Positions 51,893 to 62,384 of a stretch of 64,000 bases of DNA are shown here, in pieces. Source of the stretch: Opitutales bacterium (GTDB lineage: Bacteria; Verrucomicrobiota; Verrucomicrobiia; Opitutales; PNEW01); contig CBDANS010000006.1 in the NCBI GenBank assembly GCA_965197745.1, positions 1,056,001 through 1,120,000 of the forward strand, written 5' to 3'. The notes under the pieces are model-generated. The model ran no database searches and was not told the DNA's origin. It saw nothing but the letters and a program-made list of their open reading frames with translations. Every line of letters begins with the position of its first letter. Position 1 is the first letter of the stretch. The position numbers were made by a program, and so were the translations under genes.

Positions 51893-54118
51893 TCACTCTA
51901 TCGTAATCTCTTCGGTCGTCACCGCAATGTCATCACCATCTTCATTGGCGAAAGTGGCGTCGATACTCAGGGTCGGCTGAGGTGTTTCGTCGGACTTGAA
52001 GTTGTTCTGGGTGATCAGGGTCTCAAACCCGGTCGTGGTTGAACCACTCTCCGCGACCACGACCGCGGCGCCATTCGTTTGCAAGAGGTCGCCTCCGGTG
52101 ATCCGCATCCCGGGGTTGCCGGCCGGTACTGTGAAGGATCCTTCTCCGAACAGGAGGTGCGGCACCGCGTCACCATCGGCGTCGATGTCGCCTACTGTCA
52201 AGCGTACCGCGATCGGCACGCCCCGTGCATCGAAGCCCACCTTGCCCGTGCTTCCACTGAACACGGCATTCGATAATTGCACCCCTCCAAGGCCTGTGGA
52301 GTTAACAACTTCCACGAGGGCTACGTCGGCCTGGGCGTCATAGACCTGTCCTTCGGGGAACAGGGCTTTGTTAAAGGCGTTGATCCTTCCCACGGTGAAG
52401 ATGCTGAAGAAGGTATTGGCATCCGCTCCGTCGATGACTACGCTCGGCTTGCCCGTCACGTACTCAACGGCCTGGTTGTAGCGTGGAGGGATGGCTGGGG
52501 CTAGGAAGGTAGCCGGGTCCAGGGTTACGGTAAAGGTGCCATTACCTGAAAATTCTACCTGCACAATGTCTTCGTTTTCGTCCATGAAGGAAACGCGGGT
52601 GATCTGTCCCGGCTTGGCCTGGAGTTGGACAGACTCCCCGGTGAGTAAAATCTGGTCGAAGACATTACCGTTGGCATGCTGGATGTTTTCCCCGGCGATA
52701 TCTCCCGAGCCGTCAAGGACGAGGGGAACCGAAGGTGCTGCTACCGTGACGACAGCGGTTTCGCTGTCAGCTGTACCTCCCGCGTTTGTAATCTGCACCC
52801 AGTAGCTCGTGCTCGCAGTTAGAGCACTCGTTGTTAAAGTACTGCCGGTAGCCCCGGCGACGGGGTTGGCGGTATCACCGCTGTTGCCAGTGTACCACTG
52901 GTAAGTAAGATCGTCACCACTGGCGGCAACGGACAAACTAGCCGATGCGCCGGACGCGACTTCCTGGCTTGCCGGCTGGGTAGAAATAGAAGGAGCGGTA
53001 GCGGGGGGCGGACCCTCGGAGCCGGTGCCCGGGGCGCCGATCGGGGTAAACCCAAAATCGTCGACTGTGGTACGACTGAAAGCAGGATTGAGATTGGGAT
53101 CATCCATCATCACCAGCCTGCTGATGCCACCCGGGGCTCCTAATTCATCCGCATTAATAGTTATAAAATTGGGTTTGAACTCAGGTCTAACATTTCCTTC
53201 TAAATCTCTAAAGGTTGCCAGTAAGTTATCGTTCGTATCATAGACTTCAATTGAGCCGTCGGGATCGGTGGTTCCAGCAGACACTGTGGTAGCTCCGAAA
53301 AAATCTATTTCATAGGCTGGAGTTTCAAAGGTGATGCTTGCCTCCCCTCCATTAAATAATCCATAAGCATTAAAAAACGAGCGTACATAAACGAGATTAC
53401 CTGCAACCCTGTTTATAATCATTCCTCCCTCAAAGGTAACAGTATTGGGCGAAGTACCCAGGACCAAGGGTTCTGATCCTCCTTCACCAGTACTAAATTC
53501 TTCAAAAGTGCTGAAAAAAGTGTTGTTTGACGGTAATTCGGTCAGGGTAAATCCCAGGTCATCGAGGACGAGTTTTCCCGTAACATTAAGAAACTTTACT
53601 TCGAGGATACCGCTGAGGAAATCAAAATCATCTGTATCTTGAAAAAACCCGCTGTCTCCGACAAAACTGTATAAAGGGGGATTGGCTCCAGGGCTGATAT
53701 TTGCTGGCAATCCTTCGATAAGACCTCCATCGCCAATGACGAAATTACTTTTAGTGTCAACTGAGAGGTCTGGTATGACTTCTCCTCTTACCTCCATTCT
53801 ACCTGCGCCCGTGTTCTCGCCCGCATAAAATTCCAGAAATTGTATACCTCTTGAGGAGATGATCTTTCCCTCCTGACCAGGTCCGAGGGTTAAAGCCTTA
53901 GTTCCCGAGTGTAAGAGCGCAGGATCCTCTAATGTTTCCACCGTGAAACCGACCAGGGTAACAACGTTTGGCTCCTGACCAATGAAGATAGTCCCTTCCC
54001 CGTTGATGTCCTCGAAATCAGTGAACACCTCCAGATCTTGTGGAAGGGCATAGAGACGTGCCGGTAAATAGAGAAAGAGAACCAGAAGCGGAATTGTTTT
54101 TATGAGCGGTTTTTTCAT
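51893..54118 (-). CDS. Secreted surface protein, family member 3
   Basis: Same architecture; N-domains closest to member 1, much of the C-domain closest to member 2. Confidence 0.85.
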   Translation of the reverse strand: MKKPLIKTIPLLVLFLYLPARLYALPQDLEVFTDFEDINGEGTIFIGQEPNVVTLVGFTVETLEDPALLHSGTKALTLGPGQEGKIISSRGIQFLEFYAGENTGAGRMEVRGEVIPDLSVDTKSNFVIGDGGLIEGLPANISPGANPPLYSFVGDSGFFQDTDDFDFLSGILEVKFLNVTGKLVLDDLGFTLTELPSNNTFFSTFEEFSTGEGGSEPLVLGTSPNTVTFEGGMIINRVAGNLVYVRSFFNAYGLFNGGEASITFETPAYEIDFFGATTVSAGTTDPDGSIEVYDTNDNLLATFRDLEGNVRPEFKPNFITINADELGAPGGISRLVMMDDPNLNPAFSRTTVDDFGFTPIGAPGTGSEGPPPATAPSISTQPASQEVASGASASLSVAASGDDLTYQWYTGNSGDTANPVAGATGSTLTTSALTASTSYWVQITNAGGTADSETAVVTVAAPSVPLVLDGSGDIAGENIQHANGNVFDQILLTGESVQLQAKPGQITRVSFMDENEDIVQVEFSGNGTFTVTLDPATFLAPAIPPRYNQAVEYVTGKPSVVIDGADANTFFSIFTVGRINAFNKALFPEGQVYDAQADVALVEVVNSTGLGGVQLSNAVFSGSTGKVGFDARGVPIAVRLTVGDIDADGDAVPHLLFGEGSFTVPAGNPGMRITGGDLLQTNGAAVVVAESGSTTTGFETLITQNNFKSDETPQPTLSIDATFANEDGDDIAVTTEEITIE

Positions 54119-54294
54119 GCTGTTATAACGGTTAAAGTGATGTCAGGGATGCGTAAAAGAATTTGTGCTATTGGCCATAATGCTAAGGGTGCCAGGTTTC
54201 GAATTTCAACAAAAATTTAAAAATGTCAGTACCGAGTCGCGTAATAGAGGGACGACATCTCCCATTGCAGAGCCAGACCCCTTTTGACCCACTT

Positions 54295-55323
54295 TCACGC
54301 CGGATCAATCCGACCTGCATCCGCGGCTTCGTCGCATCTTACGACGAACGATTTCTTCTCTTCGGAGGATCTCACAATAGCTTCAGCGACGGCGGCGTAC
54401 CTGCGGCTTTGCTCGGGTTTGACAATGAGGGGCTCTTCTCCCCGGATGGCGGCGAATACGTTCTGATAAAACGGCCGGCTCTGTATAGGGAAGGAGGGAG
54501 ACTCCGGAACCTTCTCTTTTTGTGCCTTTTCTCCGTCCCCTCTCAGGTGCCACCAGAAAGTCTCCGAATCAGCCGCTGTCACGAGGAGGTCGCCCTTTTC
54601 AAAGGATATGTGAAACCGTTCGGCGCCTTTCAATCGCGTCGCCTTGCTCAACTCTATAAGCGCTGTCGATCCATCCGAAAAGGTAAGGAAGGCATTGAAA
54701 AAGTCGTCCTCGGCCAAGATCGATTTCACCACGCCGGACACGAGGATAGGACCCTGAGGAGCTAGAGTCAGTATTTGGTCCAGCAGATGGGGCCCAAACG
54801 ACATGAACGGGCCTTTTCCGGTGAATTTGCTGCTCCCCGCCCATGTCTTCCTCCAAGGACCGCTGAGGGCTCTGGACTGGAAGAAAACGGGGTTCCCGAA
54901 CCTCCCTCCGTCAATAAATTCCCGAATCATAAGATAATAGGGATCCCATCGGCGGTTCTGATGGGTTGTTACGATCAGCTCGTTCTTTCTCGCTGTTCGC
55001 AGTATATTCTCTGCTTCCGCGAGCCCGAACGCCATCGGTTTTTCACTGATGGCGTGCTTCCCGGCTTCCAAGGCGCGGAGAGTTATCGGTCCGTGCAGGA
55101 AATTGGGCAACGCAACCAGCACCAAATGAATATCCGGATCCTCGAGAAAAGCGTCGATGTCCGTATATCCCTTGCATCCGTAGACGTCTTTCGCATGCGA
55201 CAAACGCTCTTCTCGCTCGTCACAAACGGCGACAAAATTGCATTCTTCCATCCCCACCAGACACGGGCCATGCAGAATTTCCGAGATCGCGCCCCAGCCA
55301 ATTATTCCTACGCCAATTCCCAT
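54295..55323 (-). CDS. Gfo/Idh/MocA family oxidoreductase
   Basis: GIIGWGAIS, ALPNFLH, SEKPMA, HQNRRWD, GPHLLDQ. Confidence 0.9.
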   Translation of the reverse strand: MGIGVGIIGWGAISEILHGPCLVGMEECNFVAVCDEREERLSHAKDVYGCKGYTDIDAFLEDPDIHLVLVALPNFLHGPITLRALEAGKHAISEKPMAFGLAEAENILRTARKNELIVTTHQNRRWDPYYLMIREFIDGGRFGNPVFFQSRALSGPWRKTWAGSSKFTGKGPFMSFGPHLLDQILTLAPQGPILVSGVVKSILAEDDFFNAFLTFSDGSTALIELSKATRLKGAERFHISFEKGDLLVTAADSETFWWHLRGDGEKAQKEKVPESPSFPIQSRPFYQNVFAAIRGEEPLIVKPEQSRRYAAVAEAIVRSSEEKKSFVVRCDEAADAGRIDPA

Positions 55324-55536
55324 TGTTTTTCCTCGAGATTCAGGTTCTACCTATGCATTGCAATATCATATAGGCAATTGCTCTTAGACAAGCCAAAGAA
55401 TATCGTTAGTCCGACAATTCGACATTCATAGCGGAAAGCAGGAGCTTTTCGATGGCTTTTTGACAGACGCTGATTTATAAAGAGATAAATATTACGGAAG
55501 AACTATGCTACAATCGTAACCCTCTCTCACGCCAAT

Positions 55537-56352
55537 ATGTTGTCAGAATTTGAAGTTGGACAGTTCCACGCCTTTGGCTTTGTGGTGATAAAAAATTGCT
55601 TGAGTGTGGATGAGTTTGAACAGGTAGAAAAGGCTTATACGCGTTTAATCACATCTGCTCCGCGATACACCCGCTTTTCTGAAATCGGCACACATAAAAC
55701 AGAGACTTTCGTTTTTGAGGACGAGATCCTGGCTAATTTGATCGAACACCCTAAAGTGATGGATGCGATGTGCGAGATCTGGGGGACGGAATGTCTCTAT
55801 ATTGGGGGGTCAAGCATGTTGGAGAACAGAGATTTTACGCCTTGGCATTGTGATGGCAAACCCGCTCAAGATACCGTAACGCTTAAAATGGCACTCTACC
55901 TGGATGAACAGGATAAAGATAGGGGATCTTTAAATGTTATTCCCGGCAGCCATCACCCGGAATTTTCAGCTTCCCTTTTCCAGACCTGTGGTTACTGGCA
56001 AAATGGAAACCGCCCGCGCCTGCGACTCGATCCTGATAAAATTCCCGGGGCAATTTCCGTGCATACAAAACCACGAGACATTATTTTGTGGAACAACCAC
56101 CTCTGGCACTCTGCCTTTAAACGAAAAGACGGTCTCCCGCGAAGGACGCTCTTTAACACATACATGCCGGATCCCGTAAATGACCTGCTCAAGACATTGG
56201 AATTGAGAAATACGGTAAAACAACATAGGCAACATTTAAGCGAGGCTGAGCCTTACTTGTACAGTGAACAGATGATACGAAATGCCAGTCCCGCGCGAAA
56301 TAAAATGATAGCGCGACTTGAGGAACTGGGCGTAGAAAATGTCCGCAAATAA
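55537..56352 (+). CDS. PhyH-family dioxygenase
   Basis: F.AFGF, PWHCD, LNVIPGSH, LWHS. Confidence 0.85.
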   Translation: MLSEFEVGQFHAFGFVVIKNCLSVDEFEQVEKAYTRLITSAPRYTRFSEIGTHKTETFVFEDEILANLIEHPKVMDAMCEIWGTECLYIGGSSMLENRDFTPWHCDGKPAQDTVTLKMALYLDEQDKDRGSLNVIPGSHHPEFSASLFQTCGYWQNGNRPRLRLDPDKIPGAISVHTKPRDIILWNNHLWHSAFKRKDGLPRRTLFNTYMPDPVNDLLKTLELRNTVKQHRQHLSEAEPYLYSEQMIRNASPARNKMIARLEELGVENVRK

Positions 56353-56581
56353 TTTTAAAAAAATAAGCGTTATTTGCTGACCTCAATGCCAACACCCTTA
56401 TCTTGTGATTTCTACATATTTTAATTATTGGCGAGAGCTATAGGGGAATTCTATATGCCGTTTGAAAATTAAAGAAAAGGGCAGGTAAAAGGTGTAAATT
56501 AACTTAACCTAAAACCTAACACCCATGGCACGCCATAGTCGCGCACCCGCGGGACGACGGCGGCTAAAACTGATCGATAGA

Positions 56582-59557
56582 TCATTCAATCGTCACCTCT
56601 TTCACAATGACAGAGATACTCTGGCCATCTTCATTTGAGAATGTGGCATTGATACTCTGGGTTGGTTGGGGTGTAATATCGGACTTGAAGTTGTTTTGCG
56701 CTATGAGATTATTAAACCCGGGCGTCGTCGAACCGCTCTCCGCGACAACAATCGAGGCTCCGTTTGACTGCGTCAAGTCTCCACCGGTGATTCGCAATCC
56801 GGGGTTTCCAGCCGGGACCGTGAACGAACCTTCTCCGAACAGCAAATGGGGTATTGCATCGCCACTGGCATCGATGTCTCCTACGGTTAAACGTACAGCT
56901 ATGGGAACTCCTCGTGCATAGACGCCGACCTTACCTGTGCTTCCACTGAACACGGTATTTGATAGCTGTATCCCTCCAAACCCTGTGGAGTTGATCACTT
57001 CCACCAATGTGACATCGGCTTCGGCATCATAGACCTGCCCCTCGGGGAAGAGTGCCTGGTTCACAGCGTTAATCCTTCCTACCGTGAAGATACACTGAAG
57101 AAGGTGCTCGAATCAGCTTCATTGATGACGACGCTGGGTTTGCCGGAGACGTATTCAACCAGTTGGTTATAGCGTAGAGGCAGTGCAGCGGGTAGATACG
57201 TTGACGCATCCAGGGTTACGGTAAAGTTTCCGCTTCCCGAAAATTCTACCTGAACAATGTCCTCATTTTCATCCATGAAAGATACCCGTGTGATCTGTCC
57301 CGGCTTGGCCCGAAGCTGGATGAACTCTCCGGTTAGCAGGACCTGGTCAAAGGTGTTGCCGTTGGAATGCTGGATGTCCTGTCCGACGATAACCCCAGAT
57401 CCATCGAGGATAATATTCACGTCAGCAGCAGACTCAAATAAGGCAATATTGTGCCGGCCCCCGGCAGCGATATCGAAGACCCCGGAAAGGGCCTCAGGTA
57501 TCGTTGCCTGGCTGAAAGTATTGTCTCCCCAAGCAATGACATTTCCTTCAGAATCCAGAGCCAGGTTGTGATTAAAACCCGCAGCAATGGAAGTGACGCT
57601 GGAGGCATTAAACTGCACAGTAAAACCTTGCTTTGAGGCACTATTAATATTTTCGGGTAAATCAAGCTGGCCATTGTTATTTCGCCCCCAGGTAACTATG
57701 GTGCTGTCAGCTGTCAATGTCACGCTGTGTGAATTACCTGCAGCGACAACCTTTACATCAGATAATCCTTCCGGCACTGTCGCCTGACCGTAGACATTAT
57801 TTCCCCAAGCCACGACGGTGCCGTCCTTCTTCAAGGCGAGCGCATGCTCCCCACCCGCGGCTACGGCGATAACTCCAGTGAGACCATCAGGAATGGCTTG
57901 CTGGTCAAGGCTGCTATCCCCAAAGACTTCGATCTGTGCCGTTCGACCGTAAAGCTATACTGTGGATGGATCCGGCATCAACCTGGATTACTTCCGTGAG
58001 TCCCTCGGGTATGGTGGACTGACCCTCATCATCAGCGCCCCATGCTCCAATGCCGACAGCCGCTTGCTCACGATAGCCACCATCTATATTGGATAAACTG
58101 AAAGTTTCCCCGTTGATCATTATCTCTAAAAAGTAGAAGTAAGGGAATCCTGATTGAACTGAGGTATCATCGTAAACCGTTACGCTCAGATTGGACTGTA
58201 ATAAAACAGCCCCTTCAGTGTCAGGTTCAGTATTGCGAAAAAGATTATAAGTAGCCCCTTCAATGCTTTGCCAGGTAATCTGAATTTTATCAGTGAAAGT
58301 TCCTTTACTGGCTCGTAAAAATAGTTCTTCCGTTTTTTGCGATTCAGAGAAAACGACTGTATCAAAATTATTAACGAGATTGTTAATTACTACTTTAGCT
58401 TCTGAATTCTCACTTAAGTCTAAAGAATTTTCGTTGAGATAAAGGTAAGAGAGACTGCTCAATTCGGCCAGGGGATTGATATCGCTGATCTGGTTATCTA
58501 TTAGATATAAATCATTTAACTGGGTTATCTCAGCCATCGGGCTGATATCGCTGATCTGGTTACCGTCGAGAGATAGAATCGTCAGCTGCGTTAATCCGGC
58601 TAAGGGGTTAAGATTACCGATATTGTTATTGTCAAGATTCAGAAAAATCAGTTGGGATAAACCAGCCAGTGGATTGAGGTTATCGATGAGGTTCTGGTCA
58701 AGGAAGAGATCAGTGAGCTGGCTCATTTCACTCAATGGACTTAGATCGTTGATCTGGTTCGCTCCCAGATCAATGTATGTGAGCCGAGTTAAACCAGCCA
58801 AGGGACTGATATCGCTGATCTGATTATCGTAGAGGAACAATTCAGACAGTTGACTAAGTTCCGCCAAGGCACTGATGCTGCCAATCTGGTTGCTTTCCAG
58901 TACAAGGATATTCAATTCAGTCAAGCCAGCCAGGGCGCTGATATCACTTATCTGGTTATTGTCTAGACTAAGGGATAGAAGCTGGGTCAACCCAGACAGA
59001 GCGCTGATATCGCTTATCTGGTTGCCGAGAAGGAACAGTCCAGTCAGTTGACTCAGTCCAGCCAGGGCGCTGATGCTATCAACTTGGTTGCTGTTTAGAA
59101 CAAGGATTTGAAGTTCAGTCATGCCAGCCAGGGCGCTGATATCGATGATAAAATTATTGTCCAGGCGAAGGTCAATCAGTTGGGTTAAACCGATCAGTGG
59201 GCTGAGGTCACCGATTATATTATCAGGAAGATAAAGGTAAGACAGTTGATCCAGTCCAGCCAGGGCGCCGATATCGAAAATCAGGTTGTTATCCAGATCA
59301 AGTCTGGACAGGTTAACGGCATACTCTAACCCTGTTAAACTTATAATCCCTCTATCAATTCCATTAAGAGTATCTAATGAAGCCATATCCGTGTCGGTAA
59401 TGGCTCCTTCCGGTTTCTCCAGCGCTTCGCGAATAACTTTTTCCAGGGTTGAATCAGGAAAGATGATATCCACGGCATGCAATTCCGCGCACGCTAATGC
59501 TGAAAAAATCAATAATACGTTAATAGATTTAATCAGCAGCTTATAAAATTTTTTCAT
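56582..59557 (-). pseudogene. Internalin-like LRR + RCC1/BLIP-II repeat protein with the family constant C-domain, two frameshifts
   Basis: FPD..LE..IREAL cap, ~13 LxxLxLxxNQISDISxL repeats, AWG...GQ..PEGL..V..VAAG..HS.AL repeats; +1 base near 57935 and GT duplication near 57092 split it into 57914-59572, 57079-57834 and 56582-57064. Confidence 0.85.
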
Positions 59558-59809
59558 GTATAGGGTTATCAATGTGGCTAGACCTTTTCGCCCTGATAGA
59601 ATTATCTGAAAGTAGTAGAATTGTCTATCAATTTGGAGAAGATAGTATAGTTCATATTAATCCTATCAGGATCCTGAACATACATCCTTATGGTTTCTAA
59701 TGAAGCGATGGAGGTGAAATAAAGGGAATTATAAATACCTGTCCGCTAGATTATCATTTCTTCTTTTAATTTATTGCGGAAAATCGAGCGCTTCTCTAGT
59801 GTGCAGTTG

Positions 59810-60646
59810 ATGAATGAATTAAATAAAATCAGACCTATTTTTCGAATTGATGCGCCTACAGCCGATGATCTCACCACCTTTCACCGGGATGGATATGTCA
59901 CTTTCCCCGGGGTCTTCAGCGTTGATGGTCTTAAAGGTTTAACCGATGAGATCCTCAGTCTTGAACAGTCCGTCGAATTTTTTGATAAAAATAAAGAGAC
60001 ACTCATTGATCCGCATTTGCGGGTATGCCCCTGGAACAATAAAGGACCCTGGGGGAATCAATTGTTTGATTCGCCGTTGGTGACGGCATTATTGCAATCG
60101 ATAATTGGTAATACCTATCACTTTTGTCATTCAACGATGCATATAAAAATGCGCGGTTGTGAAGGGGCCAGTCCTCATCGGGATCATCTCCATTGGTTCA
60201 ATGATAACCCGGTTAATCTTGCTGAAAGGGATAAGTGGTATGTACAGATGCTCTACTACGTAAATGGTTTTGAAAAAGGAGATGCCAGTCTTTCAGTGGT
60301 TCCGGGAAGTCATCTTTGTATACCAACCGAACGGTTAGCCGATGAGGAAGAATTGCTGAAAGGAAAGTTTGACGAGCAGGCAGGTCGTGAATTGAAATTG
60401 AAAGACCTTGAGCTACCGCCTGGCAGCATGGTTTGCCTGAGTGGCAGAACGATTCACGCGGCTGCCCCAAAACCGGTAGACTCTCCACAGGAATACCGCC
60501 TCAATGTTCACTACCTCTTTAAAGAGGCTGGAGCCCCGCATAAACTCACCCAGCCTATCCCTTCTGATTGGTTACTCAATGCGAGTCCTGAGCGTAACAA
60601 GCTTTTTCAACGCGAGCCTTATACCGAAGGGTGCTGGATGTCGTGA
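59810..60646 (+). CDS. PhyH-family dioxygenase
   Basis: FHRDGY, PHRD, LSVVPGSH, PPGSMV...TIHA; start uncertain (track 59774). Confidence 0.82.
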   Translation: MNELNKIRPIFRIDAPTADDLTTFHRDGYVTFPGVFSVDGLKGLTDEILSLEQSVEFFDKNKETLIDPHLRVCPWNNKGPWGNQLFDSPLVTALLQSIIGNTYHFCHSTMHIKMRGCEGASPHRDHLHWFNDNPVNLAERDKWYVQMLYYVNGFEKGDASLSVVPGSHLCIPTERLADEEELLKGKFDEQAGRELKLKDLELPPGSMVCLSGRTIHAAAPKPVDSPQEYRLNVHYLFKEAGAPHKLTQPIPSDWLLNASPERNKLFQREPYTEGCWMS

Positions 60647-60677
60647 GACCCAATGATTCCTGATGCACCCTTTTGAC

Positions 60678-62240
60678 TTATACGCTTTCGTTCAACTGTG
60701 CTGAACTTCGACGCGTGGATAATACGTCCCAAAAAGTAAGACCCTTGGTATTCGGCTGGGGACCACCTGTAAGTTTACTCATCAACAGCCCAACGACAAC
60801 TAAAACAAAATGACTGAAGGGTCCAACCAGGTACGGACTCAGGGTGTAATTGAAACGCCCCAGATCAAGCAGGGGTGTTTCCATCCCGGGAAGATTAACC
60901 CGCGTAAATGTTGCCCACGCCGTAAAGAAAATACAAACCACAATTCCAATATAAGCCCCCCGTGCCGTCGTCCATCGAAACAGAAATCCCAAGGCAAACA
61001 GACCAAGGATTCCCCCTGTTACGATTACAGCTACGGTAACGGATAATTCTACGACCGATCTTATCCCGATCCATTGCTGTGCAATGTAAATGGAGATTGC
61101 TCCAAAAACAGCGACTGCAATCTTTCCCAAAAGTAATCGAAGTTTATCAGCAGCCTTCGGCCGTAGTCGCACATAGAAATCATTGACCACCACCGTTGCC
61201 AGAGCGTTCAATTCCGAGTCTATTGACGACATCGCAGCTGCCATCAACGCCGCTAATATAAGTCCAATCAGACCTGCGGGCAACTGGGTTTTAATAAAGT
61301 AGGGAACGATAAAGTCTTTTTCTCGAAGGACCTCAACCGGTAATTGCTCCGTCGATAATTCATAGAATGCCCACATTAATGCTCCTATTATCATAAAGAG
61401 AATCCAGATCGGAAGACACGCAGCGGCTCCCATATAAGCCCCTTGCGCCGCTTCTTTGTCAGTCCGAGCCAGGAGATAACGTTGTACATTGTTCTGGTCA
61501 CAAGCTAAATATTGTAGCGCGACCAATGTCCCGCCGATGATGTAAAACCACTGATTATTTTCAAACCAGCTGAAATCCCAGTTGCCCAATGCAAACTTTC
61601 CCCCGTCCCAGGCTTTGGTCATAATTACTGTGGGTCCATCAGGGGAAGAGAAAAGTAAAACACATATGCAAACCAGGCCGCCGAGGATAAGTAATGTGCC
61701 TTGTATGACGTCCGTCCAAACGACAGCTTCTATTCCTCCAACCATAGTGTAAATTACTGTCGCCAGACCCAAGACCAGGATGACCCACCACACATCCCAT
61801 CCACTCATGTAGCCAACGGCGACTGCCAGAAAATAGAAGGTAACACTTAAGTGTAAAACGCGACCGACAATAAATGCTCCTGCACCATAGGCTCGCGCGG
61901 GGTAGCCAAAACGCATTTCCAAATACCGGTAAGCAGTCATTCGGACCGTCCTGCGGTAAAAGGTCACCAGGTAACAGGAAATGAAAATCATTACGAACGG
62001 CCAAACCATGTGCATAGGCAATGCCCACATATTATTCTTAAATACTTCACCGGGATGTCCGATGAAGGTCGCACTGCCGACAGCCGTTCCCATGATTGAA
62101 AAGCCGACCACCCATCCAGGTAAGTTGCGACCCGCAAAAAAGTAATCTTCTGTTGTCTTCTGCCGGCGGGAAAAATATATCCCCAGAGTCCCTAAGAAAC
62201 CTAAATATATTACGATGACGGTTATTTCTATAATCCCCAA
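60678..62240 (-). CDS. Sodium:solute symporter (SSS family)
   Basis: DYFFAGR.LP, YLE.RFG, GGIEAVVWTDVIQ, DQNNVQRYL, AAAMSSIDS. Confidence 0.93.
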   Translation of the reverse strand: MGIIEITVIVIYLGFLGTLGIYFSRRQKTTEDYFFAGRNLPGWVVGFSIMGTAVGSATFIGHPGEVFKNNMWALPMHMVWPFVMIFISCYLVTFYRRTVRMTAYRYLEMRFGYPARAYGAGAFIVGRVLHLSVTFYFLAVAVGYMSGWDVWWVILVLGLATVIYTMVGGIEAVVWTDVIQGTLLILGGLVCICVLLFSSPDGPTVIMTKAWDGGKFALGNWDFSWFENNQWFYIIGGTLVALQYLACDQNNVQRYLLARTDKEAAQGAYMGAAACLPIWILFMIIGALMWAFYELSTEQLPVEVLREKDFIVPYFIKTQLPAGLIGLILAALMAAAMSSIDSELNALATVVVNDFYVRLRPKAADKLRLLLGKIAVAVFGAISIYIAQQWIGIRSVVELSVTVAVIVTGGILGLFALGFLFRWTTARGAYIGIVVCIFFTAWATFTRVNLPGMETPLLDLGRFNYTLSPYLVGPFSHFVLVVVGLLMSKLTGGPQPNTKGLTFWDVLSTRRSSAQLNESV

Positions 62241-62384
62241 GGGCTGACCTTTCCTTCATTATGGCATGATCAAATCAGTGAAGTTAGCCTCTTACCACGA
62301 GATATCGTCACTCCCCACAAATCCACCACGCCATTACTTCATGTAGTATGCAGAGGTAAGCGTAATATGACACGGAGCCGTGAG

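Noticed and set aside
39159..54150. sigma54 promoter in the conserved leaders of the secreted-family genes (TGGCAT/TGACAT)
   Set aside because: No TTGC -12 element at the required spacing.
40312..55431. Long antisense or alternate-frame ORFs (40312-40989, 54223-54765, 54775-55431)
   Set aside because: They overlap well-supported genes and have no recognisable motifs.
33660..59300. CRISPR array
   Set aside because: Periodic sequences are coding repeats (Sel1, LRR) or short degenerate arrays; no repeat-spacer pattern or cas genes.
34830..59600. Integron cassette array
   Set aside because: No integron integrase and no consistent attC core sites found; intergenic repeats are heterogeneous.
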